The notes beneath the pieces are model-generated. The model was not told the DNA's origin and made no database searches. It was given only the letters and a program-made list of their open reading frames with translations. Source: Thalia democratica (Eukaryota). From it: a DNA stretch of 64,000 nucleotides. Made by a program: the position numbers and the translations under genes. The stretch covers positions 91,388,001 to 91,452,000 of the forward strand of contig OZ241826.1 of NCBI GenBank assembly GCA_965202585.1. The letters run 5' to 3'. Positions 38,741 to 50,719 of the stretch are shown one piece after another. Position 1 is the stretch's first letter. The number at the start of each line of letters is the position of its first letter.

Positions 38741-39322
38741 TTAGTTTAGTTGAAATATCAAGAGTTTATGAAGTAAAATAACGATACGAGTTGCATGGAA
38801 GCTGAAAAAACAAAAAATACTGATTAAATTTAGAAAAATTCTCTTTCTTTTCGTTTTGGTGTCGAACTGAATTTTCAGCATCTTCATGATCAGGTTCCTG
38901 TTGCTCATCTTCTTCAGGTTCTTGCTCAGCTTCTTGTAAAACGTCAGCTCGCCGTTCCGAGACTCGTAGTAGCGGTTGAGCAGGGCGAGAACGGACAGGC
39001 CGAGCATGCACACGGTGAACACCACGCACACGATCATGCACGCGACGAAGAACACTTCGAAGTCCAAAAAGTACGTTATCTTCGTCGCCTCCCTACTTTC
39101 AGTCATGACCATGTGTCTCAGCTGGTCGTCGAGCTTTTTCTTCGTGTGCTCGTCCTGGAGAGATATGTCGAAAAGTGTCGACCTCATCATTTGTTTCAGC
39201 TGCGCCACTCCGCTGTAGTCCAAAGATGGCATGGAGGCGAGCAAGTGGGCGTAAAGGTTCTTGAAGGTCATCGCGGCCGTGCTGTCTTGCTTCATGTCCT
39301 TTTCCGGCGCCTTCGGCAGCAT
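38741..39322 (-). CDS. Copy 33 (A3), 193 aa read-through
   Basis: As copy 28. Confidence 0.65.
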   Translation of the reverse strand: MLPKAPEKDMKQDSTAAMTFKNLYAHLLASMPSLDYSGVAQLKQMMRSTLFDISLQDEHTKKKLDDQLRHMVMTESREATKITYFLDFEVFFVACMIVCVVFTVCMLGLSVLALLNRYYESRNGELTFYKKLSKNLKKMSNRNLIMKMLKIQFDTKTKRKRIFLNLISIFCFFSFHATRIVILLHKLLIFQLN

Positions 39323-39951
39323 CTGCGGCTTGATTTTGCGTTTACCAAAATCATTAAAAAATTGTGTCCGCAAATTTGCATAATTCTCTTCTTTTCGAAT
39401 AATTTCGCTCTCTCCTTCTTAATTTTGCACACAAATTCACACCTCCAACCGAACTGACGCGTATATATACGAGCTCCGGCATAGACACTTTGATAAGAAG
39501 AGAAGAGGCGTTCAGCATTATCAATAAAAACACGGCCTCCCAACAGTGACGAAACGCATTGATTCTCATGTGTCTAAATATATTTGTATACAAAGGTAAA
39601 ATCAACAGACAATAGCGACTTAGCGACTTAGCGACTTGGCGTGCTTGGCCATAATAGCACATTAGATGTCTTATTGTAAGCTTATTTTTAAATTAGAACT
39701 GATAAAATTTAAACACTGTGAGTTTATTGAAAATAAATACGACTTACGCGCAAAATAAAAAAACAGAAACAGTTGTACAAATTTAGAAACATTCATTTTA
39801 CTAAAGTTTAAACTAAAGTTTTAAAAATGTTGTTGAAAACAAAAAAATATAAAATACGCAATCGTTTTGTGCAAATAAATGCCAGTTTATAGTATGATGA
39901 TATAGTTGCCAGTTGTTTATTGAGAATAAAAGAAAATTGGGCTTCATGCAA

Positions 39952-40533
39952 TTAGTTTAGTTGAAATATCAAGAGTTTATGAAGTAAAATAACGATACGA
40001 GTTGCATGGAAGCTGAAAAAACAAAAAATACTGATTAAATTTAGAAAAATTCTCTTTCTTTTCGTTTTGGTGTCGAACTGAATTTTCAGCATCTTCATGA
40101 TCAGGTTCCTGTTGCTCATCTTCTTCAGGTTCTTGCTCAGCTTCTTGTAAAACGTCAGCTCGCCGTTCCGAGACTCGTAGTAGCGGTTGAGCAGGGCGAG
40201 AACGGACAGGCCGAGCATGCACACGGTGAACACCACGCACACGATCATGCACGCGACGAAGAACACTTCGAAGTCCAAAAAGTACGTTATCTTCGTCGCC
40301 TCCCTACTTTCAGTCATGACCATGTGTCTCAGCTGGTCGTCGAGCTTTTTCTTCGTGTGCTCGTCCTGGAGAGATATGTCGAAAAGTGTCGACCTCATCA
40401 TTTGTTTCAGCTGCGCCACTCCGCTGTAGTCCAAAGATGGCATGGAGGCGAGCAAGTGGGCGTAAAGGTTCTTGAAGGTCATCGCGGCCGTGCTGTCTTG
40501 CTTCATGTCCTTTTCCGGCGCCTTCGGCAGCAT
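39952..40533 (-). CDS. Copy 34 (A3), 193 aa read-through
   Basis: As copy 28. Confidence 0.65.
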   Translation of the reverse strand: MLPKAPEKDMKQDSTAAMTFKNLYAHLLASMPSLDYSGVAQLKQMMRSTLFDISLQDEHTKKKLDDQLRHMVMTESREATKITYFLDFEVFFVACMIVCVVFTVCMLGLSVLALLNRYYESRNGELTFYKKLSKNLKKMSNRNLIMKMLKIQFDTKTKRKRIFLNLISIFCFFSFHATRIVILLHKLLIFQLN

Positions 40534-41162
40534 CTGCGGCTTGATTTTGCGTTTACCAAAATCATTAAAAAATTGTGTCCGCAAATTTGCATAATTCTCT
40601 TCTTTTCGAATAATTTCGCTCTCTCCTTCTTAATTTTGCACACAAATTCACACCTCCAACCGAACTGACGCGTATATATACGAGCTCCGGCATAGACACT
40701 TTGATAAGAAGAGAAGAGGCGTTCAGCATTATCAATAAAAACACGGCCTCCCAACAGTGACGAAACGCATTGATTCTCATGTGTCTAAATATATTTGTAT
40801 ACAAAGGTAAAATCAACAGACAATAGCGACTTAGCGACTTAGCGACTTGGCGTGCTTGGCCATAATAGCACATTAGATGTCTTATTGTAAGCTTATTTTT
40901 AAATTAGAACTGATAAAATTTAAACACTGTGAGTTTATTGAAAATAAATACGACTTACGCGCAAAATAAAAAAACAGAAACAGTTGTACAAATTTAGAAA
41001 CATTCATTTTACTAAAGTTTAAACTAAAGTTTTAAAAATGTTGTTGAAAACAAAAAAATATAAAATACGCAATCGTTTTGTGCAAATAAATGCCAGTTTA
41101 TAGTATGATGATATAGTTGCCAGTTGTTTATTGAGAATAAAAGAAAATTGGGCTTCATGCAA

Positions 41163-41744
41163 TTAGTTTAGTTGAAATATCAAGAGTTTATGAAGTAAAA
41201 TAACGATACGAGTTGCATGGAAGCTGAAAAAACAAAAAATACTGATTAAATTTAGAAAAATTCTCTTTCTTTTCGTTTTGGTGTCGAACTGAATTTTCAG
41301 CATCTTCATGATCAGGTTCCTGTTGCTCATCTTCTTCAGGTTCTTGCTCAGCTTCTTGTAAAACGTCAGCTCGCCGTTCCGAGACTCGTAGTAGCGGTTG
41401 AGCAGGGCGAGAACGGACAGGCCGAGCATGCACACGGTGAACACCACGCACACGATCATGCACGCGACGAAGAACACTTCGAAGTCCAAAAAGTACGTTA
41501 TCTTCGTCGCCTCCCTACTTTCAGTCATGACCATGTGTCTCAGCTGGTCGTCGAGCTTTTTCTTCGTGTGCTCGTCCTGGAGAGATATGTCGAAAAGTGT
41601 CGACCTCATCATTTGTTTCAGCTGCGCCACTCCGCTGTAGTCCAAAGATGGCATGGAGGCGAGCAAGTGGGCGTAAAGGTTCTTGAAGGTCATCGCGGCC
41701 GTGCTGTCTTGCTTCATGTCCTTTTCCGGCGCCTTCGGCAGCAT
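41163..41744 (-). CDS. Copy 35 (A3), 193 aa read-through
   Basis: As copy 28. Confidence 0.65.
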   Translation of the reverse strand: MLPKAPEKDMKQDSTAAMTFKNLYAHLLASMPSLDYSGVAQLKQMMRSTLFDISLQDEHTKKKLDDQLRHMVMTESREATKITYFLDFEVFFVACMIVCVVFTVCMLGLSVLALLNRYYESRNGELTFYKKLSKNLKKMSNRNLIMKMLKIQFDTKTKRKRIFLNLISIFCFFSFHATRIVILLHKLLIFQLN

Positions 41745-42365
41745 CTGCGGCTTGATTTTGCGTTTACCAAAATCATTAAAAAATTGTGTCCGCAAATTTG
41801 CATAATTCTCTTCTTTTCGAATAATTTCGCTCTCTCCTTCTTAATTTTGCACACAAATTCACACCTCCAACCGAACTGACGCGTATATATACGAGCTCCG
41901 GCATAGACACTTTGATAAGAAGAGAAGAGGCGTTCAGCATTATCAATAAAAACACGGCCTCCCAACAGTGACGAAACGCATTGATTCTCATGTGTCTAAA
42001 TATATTTGTATACAAAGGTAAAATCAACAGACAATAGCGACTTAGCGACTTGGCGTGCTTGGCCATAATAGCACATTAGATGTCTTATTGTAAGCTTATT
42101 TTTAAATTAGAACTGATAAAATTTAAACACTGTGAGTTTATTGAAAATAAATACGACTTACGCGCAAAATAAAAAAACAGAAACAGTTGTACAAATTTAG
42201 AAACATTCATTTTACTAAAGTTTAAACTAAAGTTTTAAAAATGTTGTTGAAAACAAAAAAATATAAAATACGCAATCGTTTTGTGCAAATAAATGCCAGT
42301 TTATAGTATGATGATATAGTTGCCAGTTGTTTATTGAGAATAAAAGAAAATTGGGCTTCATGCAA

Positions 42366-42947
42366 TTAGTTTAGTTGAAATATCAAGAGTTTATGAAGTA
42401 AAATAACGATACGAGTTGCATGGAAGCTGAAAAAACAAAAAATACTGATTAAATTTAGAAAAATTCTCTTTCTTTTCGTTTTGGTGTCGAACTGAATTTT
42501 CAGCATCTTCATGATCAGGTTCCTGTTGCTCATCTTCTTCAGGTTCTTGCTCAGCTTCTTGTAAAACGTCAGCTCGCCGTTCCGAGACTCGTAGTAGCGG
42601 TTGAACAGGGCGAGAACGGACAGGCCGAGCATGCACACGGTGAACACCACGCACACGATCATGCACGCGACGAAGAACACTTCGAAGTCCAAAAAGTACG
42701 TTATCTTCGTCGCCTCCCTACTTTCAGTCATGACCATGTGTCTCAGCTGGTCGTCGAGCTTTTTCTTCGTGTGCTCGTCCTGGAGAGATATGTCGAAAAG
42801 TGTCGACCTCATCATTTGTTTCAGCTGCGCCACTCCGCTGTAGTCCAAAGATGGCATGGAGGCGAGCAAGTGGGCGTAAAGGTTCTTGAAGGTCATCGCG
42901 GCCGTGCTGTCTTGCTTCATGTCCTTTTCCGGCGCCTTCGGCAGCAT
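42366..42947 (-). CDS. Copy 36 (A3), 193 aa read-through, private L>F at end of TM
   Basis: LALFNR in translation. Confidence 0.65.
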   Translation of the reverse strand: MLPKAPEKDMKQDSTAAMTFKNLYAHLLASMPSLDYSGVAQLKQMMRSTLFDISLQDEHTKKKLDDQLRHMVMTESREATKITYFLDFEVFFVACMIVCVVFTVCMLGLSVLALFNRYYESRNGELTFYKKLSKNLKKMSNRNLIMKMLKIQFDTKTKRKRIFLNLISIFCFFSFHATRIVILLHKLLIFQLN

Positions 42948-43576
42948 CTGCGGCTTGATTTTGCGTTTACCAAAATCATTAAAAAATTGTGTCCGCAAAT
43001 TTGCATAATTCTCTTCTTTTCGAATAATTTCGCTCTCTCCTTCTTAATTTTGCACACAAATTCACACCTCCAACCGAACTGACGCGTATATATACGAGCT
43101 CCGGCATAGACACTTTGATAAGAAGAGAAGAGGCGTTCAGCATTATCAATAAAAACACGGCCTCCCAACAGTGACGAAACGCATTGATTCTCATGTGTCT
43201 AAATATATTTGTATACAAAGGTAAAATCAACAGACAATAGCGACTTAGCGACTTAGCGACTTGGCGTGCTTGGCCATAATAGCACATTAGATGTCTTATT
43301 GTAAGCTTATTTTTAAATTAGAACTGATAAAATTTAAACACTGTGAGTTTATTGAAAATAAATACGACTTACGCGCAAAATAAAAAAACAGAAACAGTTG
43401 TACAAATTTAGAAACATTCATTTTACTAAAGTTTAAACTAAAGTTTTAAAAATGTTGTTGAAAACAAAAAAATATAAAATACGCAATCGTTTTGTGCAAA
43501 TAAATGCCAGTTTATAGTATGATGATATAGTTGCCAGTTGTTTATTGAGAATAAAAGAAAATTGGGCTTCATGCAA

Positions 43577-44158
43577 TTAGTTTAGTTGAAATATCAAGAG
43601 TTTATGAAGTAAAATAACGATACGAGTTGCATGGAAGCTGAAAAAACAAAAAATACTGATTAAATTTAGAAAAATTCTCTTTCTTTTCGTTTTGGTGTCG
43701 AACTGAATTTTCAGCATCTTCATGATCAGGTTCCTGTTGCTCATCTTCTTCAGGTTCTTGCTCAGCTTCTTGTAAAACGTCAGCTCGCCGTTCCGAGACT
43801 CGTAGTAGCGGTTGAGCAGGGCGAGAACGGACAGGCCGAGCATGCACACGGTGAACACCACGCACACGATCATGCACGCGACGAAGAACACTTCGAAGTC
43901 CAAAAAGTACGTTATCTTCGTCGCCTCCCTACTTTCAGTCATGACCATGTGTCTCAGCTGGTCGTCGAGCTTTTTCTTCGTGTGCTCGTCCTGGAGAGAT
44001 ATGTCGAAAAGTGTCGACCTCATCATTTGTTTCAGCTGCGCCACTCCGCTGTAGTCCAAAGATGGCATGGAGGCGAGCAAGTGGGCGTAAAGGTTCTTGA
44101 AGGTCATCGCGGCCGTGCTGTCTTGCTTCATGTCCTTTTCCGGCGCCTTCGGCAGCAT
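43577..44158 (-). CDS. Copy 37 (A3), 193 aa read-through
   Basis: As copy 28. Confidence 0.65.
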   Translation of the reverse strand: MLPKAPEKDMKQDSTAAMTFKNLYAHLLASMPSLDYSGVAQLKQMMRSTLFDISLQDEHTKKKLDDQLRHMVMTESREATKITYFLDFEVFFVACMIVCVVFTVCMLGLSVLALLNRYYESRNGELTFYKKLSKNLKKMSNRNLIMKMLKIQFDTKTKRKRIFLNLISIFCFFSFHATRIVILLHKLLIFQLN

Positions 44159-44779
44159 CTGCGGCTTGATTTTGCGTTTACCAAAATCATTAAAAAATTG
44201 TGTCCGCAAATTTGCATAATTCTCTTCTTTTCGAATAATTTCGCTCTCTCCTTCTTAATTTTGCACACAAATTCACACCTCCAACCGAACTGACGCGTAT
44301 ATATACGAGCTCCGGCATAGACACTTTGATAAGAAGAGAAGAGGCGTTCAGCATTATCAATAAAAACACGGCCTCCCAACAGTGACGAAACGCATTGATT
44401 CTCATGTGTCTAAATATATTTGTATACAAAGGTAAAATCAACAGACAATAGCGACTTAGCGACTTGGCGTGCTTGGCCATAATAGCACATTAGATGTCTT
44501 ATTGTAAGCTTATTTTTAAATTAGAACTGATAAAATTTAAACACTGTGAGTTTATTGAAAATAAATACGACTTACGCGCAAAATAAAAAAACAGAAACAG
44601 TTGTACAAATTTAGAAACATTCATTTTACTAAAGTTTAAACTAAAGTTTTAAAAATGTTGTTGAAAACAAAAAAATATAAAATACGCAATCGTTTTGTGC
44701 AAATAAATGCCAGTTTATAGTATGATGATATAGTTGCCAGTTGTTTATTGAGAATAAAAGAAAATTGGGCTTCATGCAA

Positions 44780-45289
44780 TTAGTTTAGTTGAAATATCAA
44801 GAGTTTATGAAGTAAAATAACGATACGAGTTGCATGGAAGCTGAAAAAACAAAAAATACTGATTAAATTTAGAAAAATTCACTTTCTTTTCGTTTTGGTG
44901 TCGAACTGAATTTTCAGCATCTTCATGATCAGGTTCCTGTTGCTCATCTTCTTCAGGTTTTTGCTCAGCTTCTTGTAAAACGTCAGCTCGCCGTTCCGAG
45001 ACTCGTAGTAGCGGTTGAGCAGGGCGAGAACGGACAGGCCGAGCATGCACACGGTGAACACCACGCACACGATCATGCACGCGACGAAGAACACTTCGAA
45101 GTCTAAAAAGTCCGTTATCTTCGTCGCATCCCTACTTCCAGTCATGACCATGTGTCTCAGCTGGTCGTCGAGCTTTTTCTTCGTGTTCTCGTCCTGGAGA
45201 GATATGTCGAAAAGTGTCGACCTCATCATTTGTTTCAACTGCGCCACTCCGCTGCATCTGCGGCTTGATCTTGCGTTTACCAAAATCAT
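44780..45289 (-). CDS. Copy 38: chimeric gene (B-type 5' half, A2-type 3' half), 155 aa spliced model from MILVNARSS
   Basis: A-type SNPs at <=44960, B-type SNPs from about 45104-45128; 104-bp segment absent. Confidence 0.65.
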
Positions 45290-45967
45290 TAAAATTGTGT
45301 CTGAAAATTTGCATAAATCTCTTCTTTTCGAATAATTTCGCTCTCTCCTTCTTAATTTTTGCACACAAATTCACACCTCCAACCGAACTGACGCGTATAT
45401 ATACGAGCTTCGGCATGGACACTTTGATGAGAAAAAAAGAGGCGTTCAGCATTATCGGTAAAAACACGGCCTCCAAACAGTGACGAAACGCATTGATTAC
45501 TTATGTGTCTAAATATGTTTGTATACAAAGGTAAAATCAACAGACAATAGCGACTTAGCGACTTGGCGTACTTGGCCATACTAGCACATTAGATGTCTTA
45601 TTGTAAGCTTTTTAACTAAGAACAGATAAAATTTTAACGCTGTGAGTTTATTGAAAATAAATACAACTTACGCGCAAAATAAAAAAACAGAAACAGTTAT
45701 ACAAATTTAAAAACATTCACTTTATTTTATTTTTTCAAACTTTTAACTTAAAACTTTCAAGCAAAAAATTTAAACTTGTGATTTAGGTTTATTGTGTTTT
45801 GCTTTTATAAATAAGAATAAACAGTTAAATTGAAGTTTAAAATAATTTTTTTAATAAAAAAACTATAAAATACGCAAACGTTTTGTGCAAATAATTGCCA
45901 GTTTATAGTATGATGATATAGTTGCGAATTGTTTATTGAGAATAAAAGAAAATTGGGCTTCATGCAG

Positions 45968-46477
45968 TTAGTTTAGTTGAAACATTAAAAGTTTATGAAG
46001 TAAAATAACGATACGAGTTGCATGGAAGCTGAAAAAACAAAAAATACTGATTAGATTTAGAAACATTCACTTTCTTTTCGTTTTGGTGTCAAACTGAATT
46101 TTCAGCATCTTCATGATCAGGTTCCTGTTGCTCATCTTCTTCAGGTTCTTGCTCAGCTTCTTGTAAAACGTCAGCTCGCCGTTCCGAGACTCGTAGTAGC
46201 GGTTGAGCAGGGCGAGAACGGACAGGCCGAGCATGCACACGGTGAACACCACGCACACGATCATGCACACGACGAAGAACACTTCGAAGTCCAAAAAGTC
46301 CGTTATCTTCGTCGCCTCCCTACTTTCAGTCATGACCATGTGTCTCAGCTGGTCGTCGAGCTTTTTCTTCGTGTTCTCGTCCTGGAGAGATATGTCGAAA
46401 AGTGTCGACCTCATCATTTGTTTCAACTGCGCCACTCCGCTGCATCAGCGGCTTGATCTTGCGTTTACCAAAATCAT
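45968..46477 (-). pseudogene. Copy 39 (B) with nonsense codon 11 (AGA>TGA); only downstream Met starts remain
   Basis: TGA at 46447..46445 in the MILVNARSSR frame. Confidence 0.55.
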
Positions 46478-47155
46478 TACAATTGTGTCTGAAAATTTGC
46501 ATAAATCTCTTCTTTTCGAATAATTTCGCTCTCTCCTTCTTAATTTTTGCACACAAATTCACACCTCCAACCGAACTGACGCGTATATATACGAGCTTCG
46601 GCATGGACGCTTTGATAAGAAAACAAAAGGCGTTCAGCATTATCGGTAAAAACACGGCCTCCAAACAGTGACGAAACGCATTGATTACTTATGTGTCTAA
46701 ATATGTTTGTATACAAAGGTAAAATCAACAGACAATAGCGACTTAGCGACTTGGCGTACTTGGCCATACTAGCACATTAGATGTCTTATTGTAAGCTTTT
46801 TAACTAAGAACAGATAAAATTTTAACGCTGTGAGTTTATTGAAAATAAATACGACTTAAGCGCAAAATAAAAAAACAGAAACAGTTATACAAATTTAAAA
46901 ACATTCACTTTATTTTATTTTTTCAAACTTTTAACTTAAAACTTTCAAGCAAAAAATTTAAACTTGTGATTTAGGTTTATTGTGTTTTGCTTTTATAAAT
47001 AAGAATAAACAGTTAAATTGAAGTTTAAAATAATTTTTTTAATAAAAAAACTATAAAATACGCAAACGTTTTGTGCAAATAATTGCCAGTTTATAGTATG
47101 ATGATATAGTTGCGAATTGTTTATTGAGAATAAAAGAAAATTGGGCTTCATGCAG

Positions 47156-47665
47156 TTAGTTTAGTTGAAACATTAAAAGTTTATGAAGTAAAATAACGAT
47201 ACGAGTTGCATAGAAGCTGAAAAAACAAAAAATACTGATTAGATTTAGAAACATTCACTTTCTTTTCGTTTTGGTGTCAAACTGAATTTTCAGCATCTTC
47301 ATGATCAGGTTCCTGTTGCTCATCTTCTTCAGGTTCTTGCTCAGCTTCTTGTAAAACGTCAGCTCGCCGTTCCGAGACTCGTAGTAGCGGTTGAGCAGGG
47401 CGAGAACGGACAGGCCGAGCATGCACACGGTGAACACCACGCACACGATCATGCACACGACGAAGAACACTTCGAAGTCTAAAAAGTCCGTTATCTTCGT
47501 CGCATCCCTACTTCCAGTCATGACCATGTGTCTCAGCTGGTCGTCGAGCTTTTTCTTCGTGTTCTCGTCCTGGAGAGATATGTCGAAAAGTGTCGACCTC
47601 ATCATTTGTTTCAACTGCGCCACTCCGCTGCATCTGCGGCTTGATCTTGCGTTTACCAAAATCAT
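47156..47665 (-). CDS. Copy 40 (B), 155 aa spliced model
   Basis: ATG ATT TTG GTA in frame with the conserved core; intron intact. Confidence 0.65.
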
Positions 47666-48343
47666 TAAAATTGTGTCTGAAAATTTGCATAAATCTCTTC
47701 TTTTCGAATAATTTCGCTCTCTCCTTCTTAATTTTTGCACACAAATTCACACCTCCAACCGAACTGACGCGTATATATACGAGCTTCGGCATGGACGCTT
47801 TGATGAGAAAAAAAGAGGCGTTCAGCATTATCGGTAAAAACACGGCCTCCAAACAGTGACGAAACGCATTGATTACTTATGTGTCTAAATATGTTTGTAT
47901 ACAAAGGTAAAATCAACAGACAATAGCGACTTAGCGACTTGGCGTACTTGGCCATACTAGCACATTAGATGTCTTATTGTAAGCTTTTTAACTAAGAACA
48001 GATAAAATTTTAACGCTGTGAGTTTATTGAAAATAAATACGACTTACGCGCAAAATAAAAAAACAGAAACAGTTATACAAATTTAAAAACATTCACTTTA
48101 TTTTATTTTTTCAAACTTTTAACTTAAAACTTTCAAGCAAAAAATTTAAACTTGTGATTTAGGTTTATTGTGTTTTGCTTTTATAAATAAGAATAAACAG
48201 TTAAATTGAAGTTTAAAATAATTTTTTTAATAAAAAAACTATAAAATACGCAAACGTTTTGTGCAAATAATTGCCAGTTTATAGTATGATGATATAGTTG
48301 CGAATTGTTTATTGAGAATAAAAGAAAATTGGGCTTCATGCAG

Positions 48344-48853
48344 TTAGTTTAGTTGAAACATTAAAAGTTTATGAAGTAAAATAACGATACGAGTTGCATA
48401 GAAGCTGAAAAAACAAAAAATACTGATTAGATTTAGAAACATTCACTTTCTTTTCGTTTTGGTGTCAAACTGAATTTTCAGCATCTTCATGATCAGGTTC
48501 CTGTTGCTCATCTTCTTCAGGTTCTTGCTCAGCTTCTTGTAAAACGTCAGCTCGCCGTTCCGAGACTCGTAGTAGCGGTTGAGCAGGGCGAGAACGGACA
48601 GGCCGAGCATGCACACGGTGAACACCACGCACACGATCATGCACACGACGAAGAACACTTCGAAGTCTAAAAAGTCCGTTATCTTCGTCGCATCCCTACT
48701 TCCAGTCATGACCATGTGTCTCAGCTGGTCGTCGAGCTTTTTCTTCGTGTTCTCGTCCTGGAGAGATATGTCGAAAAGTGTCGACCTCATCATTTGTTTC
48801 AACTGCGCCACTCCGCTGCATCTGCGGCTTGATCTTGCGTTTACCAAAATCAT
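48344..48853 (-). CDS. Copy 41 (B), 155 aa spliced model
   Basis: As copy 40. Confidence 0.65.
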
Positions 48854-49531
48854 TAAAATTGTGTCTGAAAATTTGCATAAATCTCTTCTTTTCGAATAAT
48901 TTCGCTCTCTCCTTCTTAATTTTTGCACACAAATTCACACCTCCAACCGAACTGACGCGTATATATACGAGCTTCGGCATGGACGCTTTGATGAGAAAAA
49001 AAGAGGCGTTCAGCATTATCGGTAAAAACACGGCCTCCAAACAGTGACGAAACGCATTGATTACTTATGTGTCTAAATACGTTTGTATACAAAGGTAAAA
49101 TCAACAGACAATAGCGACTTAGCGACTTGGCGTACTTGGCCATACTAGCACATTAGATGTCTTATTGTAAGCTTTTTAACTAAGAACAGATAAAATTTTA
49201 ACGCTGTGAGTTTATTGAAAATAAATACGACTTACGCGCAAAATAAAAAAACAGAAACAGTTATACAAATTTAAAAACATTCACTTTATTTTATTTTTTC
49301 AAACTTTTAACTTAAAACTTTCAAGCAAAAAATTTAAACTTGTGATTTAGGTTTATTGTGTTTTGCTTTTATAAATAAGAATAAACAGTTAAATTGAAGT
49401 TTAAAATAATTTTTTTAATAAAAAAACTATAAAATACGCAAACGTTTTGTGCAAATAATTGCCAGTTTATAGTATGATGATATAGTTGCGAATTGTTTAT
49501 TGAGAATAAAATAAAATTGGGCTTCATGCAA

Positions 49532-50041
49532 CTAGTTTAGTTGAAATATTAAGAGTTTATGAAGTAAAATAACGATACGAGTTGCATGGAAGCTGAAAAA
49601 ACAAAAAATACTGATTAAATTTAGAAACATTCACTTTCTTTTCGTTTTGGTGTCGAACTGAATTTTCAGCATCTTCATGATCAGGTTCCTGTTGCTCATC
49701 TTCTTCAGGTTCTTGCTCAGCTTCTTGTAAAACGTCAGCTCGCCGTTCCGAGACTCGTAGTAGCGGTTGAGCAGGGCGAGAACGGACAGGCCGAGCATGC
49801 ACACGGTGAACACCACGCACACGATCATGCACACGACGAAGAACACTTCGAAGTCTAAAAAGTCCGTTATCTTCGTCGCATCCCTACTTCCAGTCATGAC
49901 CATGTGTCTCAGCTGGTCGTCGAGCTTTTTCTTCGTGTTCTCGTCCTGGAGAGATATGTCGAAAAGTGTCGACCTCATCATTTGTTTCAACTGCGCCACT
50001 CCGCTGCATCTGCGGCTTGATCTTGCGTTTACCAAAATCAT
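49532..50041 (-). CDS. Copy 42 (B), 155 aa spliced model
   Basis: As copy 40, different terminal-exon haplotype. Confidence 0.65.
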
Positions 50042-50719
50042 TAAAATTGTGTCTGAAAATTTGCATAAATCTCTTCTTTTCGAATAATTTCGCTCTCTCC
50101 TTCTTAATTTTTGCACACAAATTCACACCTCCAACCGAACTGACGCGTATATATACGAGCTTCGGCATGGACGCTTTGATGAGAAAAAAAGAGGCGTTCA
50201 GCATTATCGGTAAAAACACGGCCTCCAAACAGTGACGAAACGCATTGATTACTTATGTGTCTAAATACGTTTGTATACAAAGGTAAAATCAACAGACAAT
50301 AGCGACTTAGCGACTTGGCGTACTTGGCCATACTAGCACATTAGATGTCTTATTGTAAGCTTTTTAACTAAGAACAGATAAAATTTTAACGCTGTGAGTT
50401 TATTGAAAATAAATACGACTTACGCGCAAAATAAAAAAACAGAAACAGTTATACAAATTTAAAAACATTCACTTTATTTTATTTTTTCAAACTTTTAACT
50501 TAAAACTTTCAAGCAAAAAATTTAAACTTGTGATTTAGGTTTATTGTGTTTTGCTTTTATAAATAAGAATAAACAGTTAAATTGAAGTTTAAAATAATTT
50601 TTTTAATAAAAAAACTATAAAATACGCAAACGTTTTGTGCAAATAATTGCCAGTTTATAGTATGATGATATAGTTGCGAATTGTTTATTGAGAATAAAAT
50701 AAAATTGGGCTTCATGCAA

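Larger units (their letters stand above)
1..45100. repeat. Family A block (units 1-37 plus 3' half of gene 38); unit length 1194/1195/1202/1203/1211 bp
   Basis: Units keep the 104-bp coding segment (722-825 in unit 1) and have the short spacer; lengths from ORF spacing. Confidence 0.93.
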
